Origin: Chiloscyllium plagiosum
Lineage: Eukaryota
Assembly: GCF_004010195.1 (NCBI RefSeq)
Contig: NC_057718.1
Span: 22,418,963-22,482,962, forward strand
Direction: 5' to 3'
Length of the DNA stretch: 64,000 nucleotides
Under the pieces are notes generated by a model. It saw only the letters and a list, made by a program, of their open reading frames with translations, was not told where the DNA came from and ran no database searches. Below, piece by piece: positions 25,210 to 38,492 of the stretch (position 1 is its first letter; each line of letters begins with the position of its first letter). A program made the translations under genes and the position numbers.

Positions 25210-27329
25210 AACAATTAGGGACAGAGAGTAATGCCAGCCCAGCCAGCAAAGCCCATATTCTGTGAATGAAAAATCTGCAGACAGCATCCATGGCAAATAT
25301 ATTCAGCCCTCTCCATGACAGTAATGCAGTAGTAGTCATTTTGGACTCTTCAGGATCAATGATTTACCGATCCTTTACCCACAATGACTCCCAGCTGTGC
25401 CTCTAATTTTTATGAATATACCAATTGATCAAAATTAGCTACACTGGTCGGTGAAGAATTATTAAAGTTATGGCATCATACAGCACGGTTAACATACTCT
25501 TTGGACCAATCCATGCTGAATATAATCCCAAACTAAACTGGTCCCACCTGCCTACTCCTGGCCCATATTCCTCTAAACTTTACCTATTCATGTACTTATC
25601 CAAATGTCTTTTAAATGTTGTAATTGTAGTTGATGAGGAAGTGAAATTTCCTGCTGCAGAGATGTGTGATGTCCACATTTACTTGTGAGCTTCCCAACGA
25701 GCTTATATTAGTCTTTTTGATAATATAACCCATACTTAAATTTGAATCCAAAAACAAGTAACTGTAAATGCCCAATTTGAATTAAGTGTCTAAAAGTGAC
25801 GTTCCTATAATAATTAGTATATATCAACGAATGGGTACTCGCTTTTGAGTTATAATGGAAGGAGGGACAGTATTATTAGATAGAAAGGCTCAGTGGCCTA
25901 CTGCTGTGCAATAAATTATGTTATGTCTTTATCGGTGTAAAATATTATGATGAAGGCCAATGAAACAACTACAAATTTATTCAATGTTTTCTATTCTCCC
26001 CCTTGGTGTAAAAAATGGATTTACCCTTATACCTGCCATTTTGCAAGATGGACAAGCAGAGGAAAAGGTGTGCACCACTGACAAAATTAACATGGCTGAT
26101 TTGCGGCATTCTTAATTTTGTGTCGTTGAAAATTATCCTAAAGTGGAGTATTGGATAGTTTGCCCTGAGATGAAGTCCCATCGACTTAAAAGGCACCTAT
26201 ACAGAATTTTTTTTAAACCTGTTATCTTTTCTAAATTCCCTGCTAATATATCTAGGTTGCTCAGTGCTCTTGCCCATCATTTCTCTATGAAATATGGAAG
26301 ATATTTGATCAGTGACCTACAGTATCCTGTGTGGCTTGTTGCTGTGACATTGTTCTCATTTAAGTTATGGAACTGGAGCCTTGTAAGGTGGACATTATTC
26401 ATTGCAACTTGTCACCTGCACATAATATTCAAACGTGTGTCATTTTACCACAGGTATCTCAATTCAGTCATTCAGGCAGCATCCGACGAGCCCCATCTCA
26501 ATTCAGTGTAGAGTGTTCTGATTCAATATCTAGGAATTAGCCAAGAGCTATTCACTGCAATTAAGAAAGAAAAATAATTTCTCACTTTAAGCTGGAGACA
26601 CTTACTTGATATTAAAGTGTAAAAGGAAAAACCTAAATATTTGCATTAGAGCATATGTGAAAAATTATTGCAGTGTATTTAATCCACTCGGGGCAATCTC
26701 CCCAGTTTTAATTAATTCCTGTGTTGCTGAGATGAAATACACTCAGACTGTGTTCTGCCATCGCAAATCTAGATGATAGCCAGGCAAACTTGGTATGATA
26801 CAATATTCTGTCTAAATCTTTCCTAATGCGAATCACAAATTAATCGATTGTGAAAGATTTATTTAATAATGACTTTAATGAGCAAGTTTTTTGGGTATAG
26901 AATCAGAGGAAATGCATTAATGTGAGCTAGATTTTAGCAATACTGGTAGCATATGTATTCATTTTTGAAACCAGAACCATCACCAAGCAGAGTAAATGTT
27001 AGAGCAGACATGGCTGCAATCTGTCTGTGACTCCAAAGGGAGAGCAGCAGAGGGGCCTGATAGAGTAGTAGGATTTCCAAGTTCTTATTTGGCTATAACT
27101 GATACTGGTCTAAAGAGCATGAAGCTGATGGTGGGAACTTTCTTCCCAAACTATGGCCTGCATTTGGAGATTGTTACTACACCTTGGGAAGACCAAAGCC
27201 ATTGTATTCAGCTGCCATTTCAGACTTCACTCCCTCCCCACCAACCCCACTGCTCTCCATGGAAATTTCCTGAGGCTGAACCAAACTGTTCAGTTTTGGT
27301 TTCATATTTGAACTAAAGAAGCTCTTGAC

Positions 27330-27940
27330 CACAAATCAGCACCTTAGCCAAGATAACCGATTTCCATCTCCATCAAGTCTCTTGAAGTTGCTTTGCCTCA
27401 GCTGATTTGCTGCACATTCATGCCTTTGTTATCTCTTGTTTTGTTTAATTTAATGCACTCCTGGGTGACCTTCTAAGTTATATCCTCTGCAAACTTGACC
27501 CTCTACCTTGCCCAGAAATCTGTTCACCCATCCCCCCTGTGATGCTGACCTACATTGTACCTTGGTAAAACAAGGCCTCAGTTCTAAAATGTTCATCCTT
27601 ATTTTCAAAATACAGAATTACTTTATACCTTGCTACTTCTTTCTTTCCTGAAACCCTCTGAAATGTCTACTTGTAGCTAAAGCTGGCACCATGAGCACCC
27701 CAGATTTTAATTGTGCCGCATTGGTAGCTGTGCCTTCAACTGCCTATGCTCTAAGCTCTGGAATTCTCTCCTGAAACCTCTAAGGCTCTTTTAACTTTCT
27801 TTCCACCTTGAAGTTTCTCTTTAAATACTACCTCTTTGATCAAGCTATTGACAATCTTCTTTCATATCACCTTATGTGGCTTGTCATCAGATCTTAATTT
27901 ATAATGCTCCCATGAAATGTCTAGGGATGCTTTATGTGGA
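27330..27940 (+). mobile_element. L2 LINE 3' relic
   Basis: attcatgcctttgttatctc, cacccatcccccctgtgatgctgacctacattg, ctctggaattctctcc and ctacctctttgatcaagc are typical L2 3' motifs. A smaller relic lies at ~33760-34000. Confidence 0.7.
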
Positions 27941-28349
27941 TGGTGCATCTCGTGAGATAAGACATATTGGTTTCAAGCAGGGTATGAGGCCATGTCATAG
28001 AGGGAACGATGCATTCAGGGTGAGGGGAGAGATCCAACCAAACTAGGTTACACCAAAGTGTTTAAAGTTATTGCTTCTCTCAGGATGGTAGTGGCTTGGG
28101 TGTTAGTGAATCAGTCTGTACCTAAGATTGCATTAGGAACCATGTTAACTGATCATGGGAAGCTGGTTGGCACCAACAATGCAATCCTAGTGTTCCAGGC
28201 CTCCAGTAGTCCTTTGCAGATGAGATGCCCTGCAGCCAACTCTGTACACATTAATGGGGTTGGTGTTGATGGGCATTAGTAGGTGCTCTGCTGTTGTAAC
28301 TGCCAAGCTCATTGCCATAGGAACTTTTGGATGACTGAAACAATGCCCT

Positions 28350-28650
28350 GTTAGAAACAGAATTAAGGATCATCAATTTAAGACTGAAATGCGGAAGTAG
28401 GCTGTGAGCGTTTGGAACTCCTTTCCATAGAGAGCTATGGGGCGGAAGGGGGTGGGGGTGGGGTGTTGGCAGAGACCTTGTGTGTATTTAAAGCTGAGAT
28501 AGATAAATTCTTGGTCAGTACGGGAATTAAGGGTATGGGCTCAGGGTAGAAAAGTGGATGTGAAGAATGTCAGATCAGCCATGATCGAATGGCAGTGCAG
28601 GCTGAAGGGGCTGGATGGCCTACTCCTGTTCATATTTCACATGGTTGTAT
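28350..28650 (+). mobile_element. CR1 3' relic
   Basis: tttaaagctgagatagataaattcttgg...gatcagccatgatcgaatggc...gatggcctactcctg. Similar relics at ~33400-33730, ~38500-38765 and ~40560-40870 (-). Confidence 0.7.
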
Positions 28651-29323
28651 CACAATGAAATTGTTACTGCAAGGAGTATGTACCAATAATACTGACAGTT
28701 GGAAATCATAGGACAGTGAGTCCTCTGAGAAAACTTATTGCTTCAGTATCATTGAGGATGTTAAGGAATGTTATTAGTAAATCAGCTTGCTTTCTAACTT
28801 GTAGACCACATGATTCTAAATTCTGGAGAAAGTATTTACAGTAACAGCCCTGAACTGTCTTCATTTGAATTGGCAATATGATGACATTTATAAATATAAA
28901 GTTTTCAACCTCATTTTCTCACACAAGAAATGACAGCTCCCCATAAGTCATTTGTTAAGTGAAAATATTTTGACAGTAAGATAACTGGAAGGATTTTTGA
29001 AACTGATTCATGACTGAGTGCTGGGAGAAGGACCATTAAGTATATGGTTTTGCAAACTGATTGAACTGATTCAGGTCAGAACCCAGAACAAATATAAAGG
29101 ACATGACTGAGCTTGAGACAACTCAATGCAAAGCCACATTTCCACCTTATTTTGTCTGCACATCAGAATGTAACTGACTCTTACATATAAATGCAAGTAT
29201 AAGTCCAAAATACTTTGAATGTAAACCTGTGCATTTTATTTACAACTCTCTTTGCTTTAAAACATTATAAATTGGGACTCCTTTTCTAGTTACCTTCACC
29301 TTGGTGGAGTCTGATTCCCCATC

Positions 29324-29531
29324 ATGATTTGGAGATGCTGGTGTTAGATTGGTGTGGTGTACAAAGTTTCTGATTAAACAACACCAAGTTATAGTCCAAC
29401 AGGCTTAATTGAAAACGCTAACATTTGGAGCCCTGCTCCTTCATCGGGTGATTTGAAGGAGCAATGCTCCGAAAGCTAGTGCTTCCAGTTAAACCTGTTG
29501 GACTATAACTTGATGTTGTGTGATTTTTAAC
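29324..29531. mobile_element. Penelope fold-back mini-element, family B
   Basis: Arms invert at ~29452. Imperfect TSD tctgatt(a)cccca. Right arm has tgaaggagcaatgctccGAAAgcTAgtg. Confidence 0.8.
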
Positions 29532-30649
29532 TCTGATTACCCCAGTGTTGAGCAAGTGTAAGGGAGATCATGGCTAAGTGTTATGATTTTCTGAGACATA
29601 ATATGAGCAATACTGGCCAGTAAAATAATGCTGGCAAGTGTTCTTTTCACTGCCCCTGTGTTAATTGTTGATTTTAGTGGAAATTTGGCAGGCAGTAGAT
29701 GGAGCATGCCCCTGACTGTCCATTGTCATCAGTGAGGTTGACAAACTACGTATACATTTGAAACTACCACCAATCGTCTCTCTCTCTAATGAGAGAGCAG
29801 CCCGATGCTCCGATCGGACTATAACGACTTTACCTTTACTTTTCAAGCAGCTTGCAGAGACCTGACCATCTATTGTCTGCATGCTGGAGTCCACCCAGTT
29901 CCCCTAAGTGGGGAGTAGGTTGGAAATTACCTCCTGAGGAGGGCTGCAGTGAATTTAGCATTATAGGGGGTAAATTTCCATGAGGCCAAAAGGAGGACAA
30001 ATCCTCTTGAGAAACAGAGCAAGTTTTAAATTGTAATTTTAATGTTGAGAACTAATGATTCATCCATTCAAAATGTGAAAAAAATTCTGCAAGTTGCATT
30101 GCACTTCTATTAATATCATGTGACAGCCATTCTCAGGTGTCAATGAAGCACTTGCTTGCTTTAAACCCAGGTTATGTGGTTAACTCCAGTAATAGAAGCT
30201 TAGATATCAGTGTGAATTTCCTTGTGCTATCACTGAATTTTCACTGAATAGCAAGGGTAGGAATTGGCCTCCAGTTTTCTCTTAAATATTCTTTGTCAGG
30301 AACACTCCCCACTAAGGGCGTTAGATGATGGGAACATTCTTGTAGTTAGACTCTGCTGGACTTTGGTCATTGTGACCACAGTTTGCAACTTGTAAATGCT
30401 TACCATCCTGTGCTTCTCACTGTGCCCATTTTACTGGGGATAAAAATCAAGAGCTGATGACAGCCCACTAATAATCTATGGCCAGTGTCCAACATTTCGA
30501 GTACTAATTACAAATACACTGAAAGTAATTCAAACCTATTGGAAAACAGCATTTTGTGCAGCATCACTAAAATTCCTGAATAAAGTGACTAAAAATTATT
30601 TGTCAGGTTGGAGAGATTAAATAAACAAAATTACATAAATACTTACACT

Positions 30650-31300
30650 GATCATAACTGTGGAGACAAATAAAGTTAACACTTTAGGTTATTTATCTTT
30701 CATTGGAACTGAAAAATAAGGATAAAATTATTTGTTTTGATCCAGTCAAGGAGGGGTGGGAGTAGAAAGAATAACTTAGAAGGGTAGAAGTTAGGAGAGG
30801 ATAGGTTGGAAGATGCGAGAGATTAAGGAACAAAATATTTCATGATGCATAAGACAAATAGAATAGTAATGAGTGTTGTAAAGGAATACAGCTTTGGCAT
30901 GAGTAGCTACGTAGAGGCTGAATGTAAATGAAAGGATAAAGACAGAAACGAGCCAGAAAATGAAAACATAAACTTCATTAACACAACACATGGAACAAAA
31001 TGGAGGCAGATATTATATTCTAAAATTTATTGAACTCTGAAATAACCGCATAGAGGCTAGTATCCCCTCACCAAGTCACCCTTTATTTACATGCGCTGTG
31101 TAGACTGAGGAGACCTTCTGAATCTCCTGCTTTTTTTTTTTCTTTTTTTTCCCTTTCTTTTCTCTTTTAATCTCCTGCTTGTATCTGTCAGCCAGGGATG
31201 ATCGGGCCATCAAGTCAATGGGATCCACCTGGCCCTGGTTGCAATCGCCACAAACTCATTATTGAGTCCAGAAGGCTGTAGTATGCTGAACTGTTGATGC
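30650..31300 (-). mobile_element. Very degenerate Penelope 3' region (family C-like), interrupted by a solo LTR
   Basis: Similar to 34205-34240 (ttgagtccagaaggctgta) and to the family C pLTR on the minus strand. Confidence 0.4.
31038..31252 (-). mobile_element. Putative solo LTR
   Basis: TG...CA ends, 5-bp TSD aactc at 31033-31037 and 31253-31257, and AATAAA on the minus strand (tttatt at 31082). Confidence 0.7.
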
Positions 31301-31342
31301 TCGATAGTGTGTTGAGAAATGGAGTTTGAAAAGACATTTTTC

Positions 31343-31698
31343 TTTATTCTTGCGTGAGGTATGGGCACATTAATAAGGTCAACATTGGTTGCCCACCCTT
31401 AATCTCCTGTGAAACATATGGCTTTCTAAACCATTTCCGTCTGCTGCTGTGGATCTGGAGCCACATGTAGTGCAGACCAAGCAGGGATGGCAGATTTCCT
31501 TCCCAAAACAGCATTAATGAACCAGATGGGCTTTTACAAATGATAATTGTCATTGCTGACGGTAGCTCCATATTTTGAATTTATTCGTAAATTTAAACTA
31601 GTTGTCATGGTGGGATTTGATCCCATATCACCAGAGAATTAACAATGGCCTTGTGAGTACCAGTCCAATGACATGACTACCATGGCACTATCTCCCCA
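31343..31698 (-). mobile_element. Shark tRNA-derived SINE (second family)
   Basis: gctgtggatctggagccacatgtag...gatttccttccc...ggtgggatttgatccc. Homologous copies at ~41660-42180 and ~51355-51690. Confidence 0.7.
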
Positions 31699-32037
31699 AA
31701 GTAGCTGCGAAGCACTGCAGCAAGTGCGATGAGATGGAGTGATATGTGAGTAAAGTTGTACAGTGGATAGAACAATCTTTTCACTGGTTAATTCCTGGAT
31801 TTTCATATGCTGTCTAAGAATTTATGATGTGTCTAGTTCTGATAAAGAGTATGTTGCTGAGAATTTAGAAGGAGCTTCGTTACTCAGGTTGGAATGTGAA
31901 CTCACAACCACAGGAAGTACCTGAGACAAAGGATCCTGGATGCATTTAAATTTATTAAACATGAGGAGGAAAGAACTGAGGAATATGTTGCTGGTGTTAA
32001 ATGAATGAAGTGGGAAGAGGTTAGTGAGGTTTATAAT

Positions 32038-32374
32038 GGAGTAGCATGGTAGCTCAGTGTTTAGTACTATAGCCTCATAGCATCAGGGACCCAGGTTCGA
32101 TGCCATCCTTGGGCAATTGTCTGCAGGAGTTTGCACATTCTTCCCGTGTCTGCATGGGTTTCTTCTAGGTGTTTGAGTTTGCCCTCACAGTCCAAAGATA
32201 TGCAGGTTAGATGGATTGGCCATGATAAGATGCCCATTGTGTGCAGGCTCAGTGGATTAGCCATGGGAAATGTGGGGCAGCAGGTATGGAATGGGTTTGG
32301 GTCGGATGTTCTTTGGAGGGTCAGAATGGACTTGATGGACCAAATGACCTGCTTCCACACTGTAGGGATTCTGT
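32038..32374 (+). mobile_element. HE1-type SINE
   Basis: tRNA head with ccaggttcgat and a ttccacactgtagggattct tail. Confidence 0.85.
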
Positions 32375-32465
32375 AATGAGCACCAAAGTGGAGCTATCAG
32401 TTCTCCCATTTATGTAAAAGGATATGATTTGAAGGTTTACTTACTTCTGTCCATTTATTTTACAG

Positions 32466-32549
32466 GACCCTTATGGCTTTGGGTTGCCATGTAGGCATTG
32501 CTGATGACCAGGCAGAAGAAAAAGTGAAAAAACTAAAGCTTCCCAGGAA
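32466..32549 (+). CDS. RYR2: RYR2 exon (~25), 84 nt
   Basis: ttacAG|G ACC CTT ATG...CCC AGG AA|GTGAGT. Translates [27 protein letters not shown](N). Phases fit both neighbouring exons. Confidence 0.94.
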
Positions 32550-34199
32550 GTGAGTACTTTGATCCAGCATACCATCCGAATGTTTTTTGGTGTGTTTTTG
32601 CTTTCTGCAAAGCTTAAAACTTACCTTCCAATGGGTAGTCATTGTTCTCCCCTGTCCTCTTTCTCCCTTGCCCAATGTAACAGGTACTTAACAATATTGT
32701 TGAACCTGTGTTTGGTCTGAAAAAGAAGATAATTTAAAAATCAGCACAATTTACTTCACAATCATGATTAAATGATGCAGCATTAGTTGACAATGGCATA
32801 TTCATAATGTTGAATTCACAATGTAGGCTGGACCTTAATCTTGGCTGATGTTGACTTTAATCTTTGTAGTGCATACAGAGTAGTAATATTTGGAGTGTAG
32901 TGTACTTTCCTTGTTTGCTATTTTTGCCCTAAGATGTGGCTACTTGCCCATCCACTGATTTCCTGTGATGACAACCTGTGCCCTGGTTCATTTTGTCACA
33001 GTAGGTCATATTTTTCCCATGACTAATCTTTGTAGGTAGTTTTACCTGCTTCCACAGTTCTATACATACAACAGAACCATATCCATTGGTGATGACTGCA
33101 AGTAACAATGTCCAAGTTTTAAATATAATAGTCTGAAAGAAGCTTTCATTTGTTGACTAAATAAATAAGAGGTATGTGGTAACCAAACACCAGTTCTTTT
33201 TCTCAAGGAATAGTAATTCATGTAAATTTTTCATGTATTCATCTAAATTAAGGAATAGAGGCACCTCACAGTTAGGGAGAACTCCACTGCCAGGTCATGT
33301 TCTGCTCAATCTGTCGTGTTTTCTATCTGGTTCTTTAATCAATTCTTCCAAATTACAATGCAAAATTTTGCTGAGGTAATTACATTGGAAACACATGAGG
33401 GACCGAAACAAAGTAGATAAAGAGAATTTATTCTCTTTGGAGGAAAGGTCAAAATTATAAGACAAAATTTATGGTAATTAGGAAAAGGTGACAGTAAAAA
33501 ACTCTTATTCACGCATTGGTTTTTTTGATATAGAATGCACTGACTGAAAGGGTGTTGGAGGCAAACTCAATTGTGACTTTCAAAAGGGACTTAGATAAAC
33601 ACTTGAAGGGAAGACCTTTCCAGGGTTACAAGGTAGGGCAGGTGGAATGAGATTAATTAACTTGCTTTTGCAAAGATGTTCTCAAAGGACTGAGGGGACT
33701 CCTTTTGTGCTGTATGAAGCCTATGATTATTGCATGCCAGCAAGTTGACAATCTCGCACCACTTTGATTTTTAAACTTTCATCCATGTTGTCAAATCCTT
33801 CCCTGGCTCCAATTCTTCATAACGGTGAAGTCTTCTCCCACATTCCAATCTCTAAGTTTGGGTCTCTTGCACATCCCCAGTTTTCATCACTCTACCCCTT
33901 GGTCGCAGTATGGAAATACTTTCCTTAAATTCTTCACTTCCCAATCTCTCCTTATCACTTCCAAATTATTGCTCAAAGATTGCCTCTTTGACCAATACTG
34001 TATGATAAGTCTTAGTCCCTCTTTAATAGCTCGGCAAGTCCAACTGGAAAGAAACATGTTTCTGTCTGCATTGTTTTTAAAACTACTAATCACCACAAAT
34101 AAAACACCCATGCAGCCAATTAAATATGTATTAAATATAATAAATTATGCATTTTAATATGTAATAATAAATATATAAAATATATATTAAATATTTACA

Positions 34200-35620
34200 A
34201 GCAAACCCCAAACTTAATGTTGAATCCAGAAGCCTATAAAGTGCTCAGTCATGGGAAGAGATATTGTAGCTTTCTTATTCCATTGGGCTACATTGTGAAA
34301 TTGTAAGAGTCAAAGGACAGTGAAGTAAGAGTGGGAGTCAGCAGCAATTTAAAATAACAGAAAACCATTCAGAACATTTGGAGTCTGTAGACCCAGATGG
34401 TGTAAACATTGAGGATTGCATAGGAAGGCTCAATGTGGAGGCTCTGTGGGAATTTTGGCTACAATTTGAGAAATAGATCAAGGTATTGGAATGATGAAAA
34501 GGGAAAATGTGTTTGGTGGTGGCATTGTGATGAATGTTGCTGAAAAGGCACTGAATAATCCATTGAACAGCCCAGTGGGAGGGCAGCCTCAGACTGGGGC
34601 AACCCACTTGTGGGCAAAAGTGAGGACTGCAGATGCTGGAGATTAGAGGCGAGTGTGGTGCTGGAAAAACACAGCAGGTCAGGCAGCATCCGATGAGCAG
34701 GAGAATTGATGTTTCAGGCAAAAGCCCTTCATCAGTTTCCTGATGAAGGGCTTTTGCCTGAAACATCGATTTTCCTACTCCTCAGATGCTGCCTGACCTG
34801 CTGAGCTTTTCCAACCCAGTTGAGGCACTGGGAGAGAAGAGAAAGAGTGGACTGTGAACTAAGGATCCTGTCAGCTATGGTGGAGGAAAATCCTTGGTTG
34901 AGGGATAAGGAAGATTTATTGAAAGCAATGGTGAGAAAGGTGACTTCATTCCAACGGTTACTCAGGAAGCAGCAAAAATGAGAAGTAGAATAGAGTCCTT
35001 ACAGAACATTCAAACAATTTGGAGGAGTGTAGTTTTAGGAGCTGTAGGCATTACTTGGCTTATATTGGTCAATAGCCCATCCCTGCAAATGGAGATCTGC
35101 AAAATGGAGCTGGAAGCTACAAAAGGGAAGAGAGAAATCAGGGATGTGAAGACAAGGAAAGGTGGAAGTTTAGCCGCAAAGTTCATTCAATTTTCCAGAT
35201 TGAGATTAAGGCAGAAAAAGACACTGAGACATCATTAAAGTACCAGAAGAAGAGGCCAGGGAGGGGTTCTCTGTAGAATTGGAACAAAGAATATTCTATT
35301 TGTCTCACAGAAAAATGGACATGGCAACAATCTACATGGGGTTCCGTACCAAACTATTTCATTTGGAGGAAATGACTGGAGTTAAAGAGGAAGTTATGAA
35401 TTTTAAGAACAAGCTCAGTGATGTGAACGTGGGCAGTGTTGGAGGATGGGACAATATAGGATTTTCATTCAGTGAAGAAGCAGAGAATGCTCAGGCCATC
35501 TTGGTGCAGGATGGAGGTGCAGCGAGCATAGACATCCCTGGTGAATAATAAACAGTTAGGTTGAGAAGGTGGGAATCATTAAAAGTGGTTAATGGCATCA
35601 GGATTTCACACAAGATCTAA
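34200..35620 (-). pseudogene. Fossil Penelope RT/linker coding region
   Basis: Minus strand reads LFTRDVYARCTSILHQDGL (PLE RT motif DV.SLYTSI) near 35545, and IIQCLFSNIHHNATTKHIFP (compare IIRRHFRHLQTDPTTKDIFP at 23260). Confidence 0.6.
34612..34811. mobile_element. Penelope fold-back mini-element, family A
   Basis: Back-to-back cores cttcatcag-ttt-cctgatgaag. TSD caaccca(c/g)ttg. Confidence 0.85.
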
Positions 35621-36399
35621 GCATATGGACAGCCCAAAGATTGGAAAACAGGTTTCTTTACTCCTCTGGCATCAGGTCTTTACAAAGAGGGTGAAATTAT
35701 GGTAAAACTCAGAAAGCAGAGCATTTACACCAACATAAGCCAGTAGTTCACGACTGATTGAGGATGTCGTTTGTTTCTTTTTTTGTTTCTCCATGAGGCC
35801 TCTCTCTTCCAAAGACACTCTTTCTTCCAGAGAGGGTCCCCTGCTCAGTGCACTCCTTTCCTGTTGCCACCTGCTGCTGTATGCCCTATTGAACAGGACA
35901 TTTGCTGGAAATACTCAGCAGATTAGGCTCCAGTTGTGAAGAGAGAAACAGAGTCAATGTTTGAAGGTGATAATGTTTCCTCTGTTTTAAGTTCGTTATT
36001 AACAAGTGATGATGGCAAGACAGACCTAGTTGGGAGTTGGAGACCTTAAACCAATACTTATTGTCTGACAGATTGTACAGGTAGATGTCACTGGAACATC
36101 TTCACAGAATGAATAATCCTACCCTTTCCATAGTTTCCAGAAAGGCATCTAGTGAGAATAGTTGGCCTGGATGCAGAGCAGTGGAGGCATGCTGACTCAG
36201 TCTACACATCATTAATTATCTAATAATTTTTCAGATTAACAATAGGAGTTCAAGGATGAAGTCTTTTTTCAAAAAAAACCTATAAAAGACATTCAGTAAT
36301 CATCACAGGTGTTTTGTTATATGTGGAATTCATCCAAATTACTTCTTATAATATTGTCAATCAATAATCACTTCATTTAATTGCCTACAACTAATGTAT

Positions 36400-36561
36400 C
36401 ATCCAGGGAACAGGAGAATCGACGTTTCGGGCATAAGCCCTTCTTCAGACTTATGCCCGAAACGTCGATTCTCCTGTTCCCTGGATGCTGCCTGACCTGC
36501 TGCGCTTTTCCAGCAACACATTTCCAGCTCTGATCTCCAGCATCTGCAGACCTCACTTTCT
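36400..36561. mobile_element. Penelope fold-back mini-element, family A (young)
   Basis: 16-bp TSD cctacaactaatgtat at 36384-36399 and 36562-36577. Intact CTGAAGA...GAAACGTC core on the minus strand. Confidence 0.9.
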
Positions 36562-38019
36562 CCTACAACTAATGTATTTTTGTTAGAAAGCATTTCTTTC
36601 CTTGACATTTCCTAAGCATCTGCCTATTCTCCCATCTGACGTCTTCAGTGCAATCTCTCAGTGACCTCTTGGATAAAGTCAAACAGAATACAGTGAGTTT
36701 TATTTCTTTGTGATAGAGATCATGATCCAGTCACAAGCTCATAAATAGCATTTGATTATGGCATGGCAGAGTTGGTATACAGTTGAAGGCCATGAACTGA
36801 TGGCACGCATTCTCCATCAATTTGAGGTGGTAGATAACTGTGGAGCTTCCCTGCTGTGGGTGGGTAATTTTACACATTTTATAATTTCCTGAAAGTCCTC
36901 TGGGTGAGATGTGGTAAGCCACAGTGGGCGTAAGGGCAGAAATAACAGAACAGTTGGCTTGGATCAGAAAGCAAGATGCAGCTCAGTGGAGGCATGCTGT
37001 CTCAATCTGCCTACATTCTTGTTTAATTCTGCAAATATACCCTGCGCTTAATCCTTAAAATCCTCAAACCCAGCCTGGCTGAAAACCTGATTTAGATATG
37101 TTAAAGAAATATGTAATTACTCCACTCAGGCCACTTGGAGTGCGTCAGGTTTGAAAAAAAAATTGGCTGATTCTCTAAGGATTTATTTTTCATGTCTAAA
37201 TATCCTTGAATGTCATCAACCTTCTTAAGGCAATTGCATTCCGGCAGTTCTCTTTAGTTTTTGTCAATGGGTCACAAATGATCAAATTAATTGGATTGTA
37301 CATGGCGAGTAAATTCATGTCCCCTTGGTAAGCAATTCTATTATAACCAATTAATGCTGCATTTAATCTGAATGCAGATGGTCGTATTCCCTTCAGACAG
37401 TGTGACAGAGGAAGAAACCATTTGCATACGCTGGGGCTTTTACTTAGAAGATTCCAGAAAACCTTCATTGATATGCTTGGTTGAGAGTTTCTTTAAAGGG
37501 GGGGGGGGTTGCCAATATTATTTGGTATGTTGCATCCCCTCTGACATGTAGTAAGTACCCATATTAGTCTGGATGCTCAGAAAACTTACTGTTGGTGTTC
37601 TTCTGGTGTTAGCAGTACATTGATACCAATGGAACACAGCTGAATATTTTCTGGGACATTGTGTTTAGCTTGTATGTAATAAAAATCTCAAATGTGTTTC
37701 ACAAAACTGGTTGAATTTCACATAAAACTATGATTATAAAATTTCACTCTCAAAACTCAGTTATCCTTACAGCTTGACTAATGCACTCTTCTTATTTTTT
37801 GACTTTATATTCCCAAGATCAAACATTGCTACCTGGCAGTTTTCTTTGTACATTGTTTTAACATTTACTTTTTTGTTGAGTATCTTTGTTTCTGCAAAGT
37901 CTCAAGCAATGAAAAATGTGGGCATCATCTAAATAGGATGTGTTTGTGATGAGACTTTGAAGTAGATGGTTGATAAACTGTTGTAGTCCACATAGTATGG
38001 GCACACATTTGGAACTCAC

Positions 38020-38492
38020 CATGCCCTTAGGGAAGAAATTCCAGGTTTTTGATGCAGCAACAGCGAAGGATCAACAATATATTCCAAGTCAGGAATTTTG
38101 AATAGTGGTGGATATTGTGCAATCATCAGTGACCATCCCCACTTCTGACCTTATGTTGGCAAGATCATTAATGAAGCAGCTGATGATGGTTGGGCTGAGG
38201 ACGCTATTCTGAGAAATGTCTGCAGGGATGTCCTGGAGCTTGAATGACTGACCTTCTACAAGCGATCTTCTTTTGTGTTTGGTATGACTCCATCCAGTGG
38301 AGAGTTTTCCCCTTGGTTACCATTAGAGTTTCTCTCGGGCTTCTTGATGTCATACACGGTCAATGGTTGACTTGATGACAAGGGCAAGCAGTCTCACCTC
38401 ACCTCCGGAATTCAGCTCTTTTGACCTTGAGACTGTAATGAATGGCCCTAGCAGAACCCAAACTGAATGTTATTGAGCAGGTTATTGTTAAG
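38020..38492 (-). mobile_element. LINE RT relic, same family as 12076-12845
   Basis: catccccacttctgaccttatg is the reverse complement of cataaggtcagaagtggggatg at ~12700. Confidence 0.7.
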
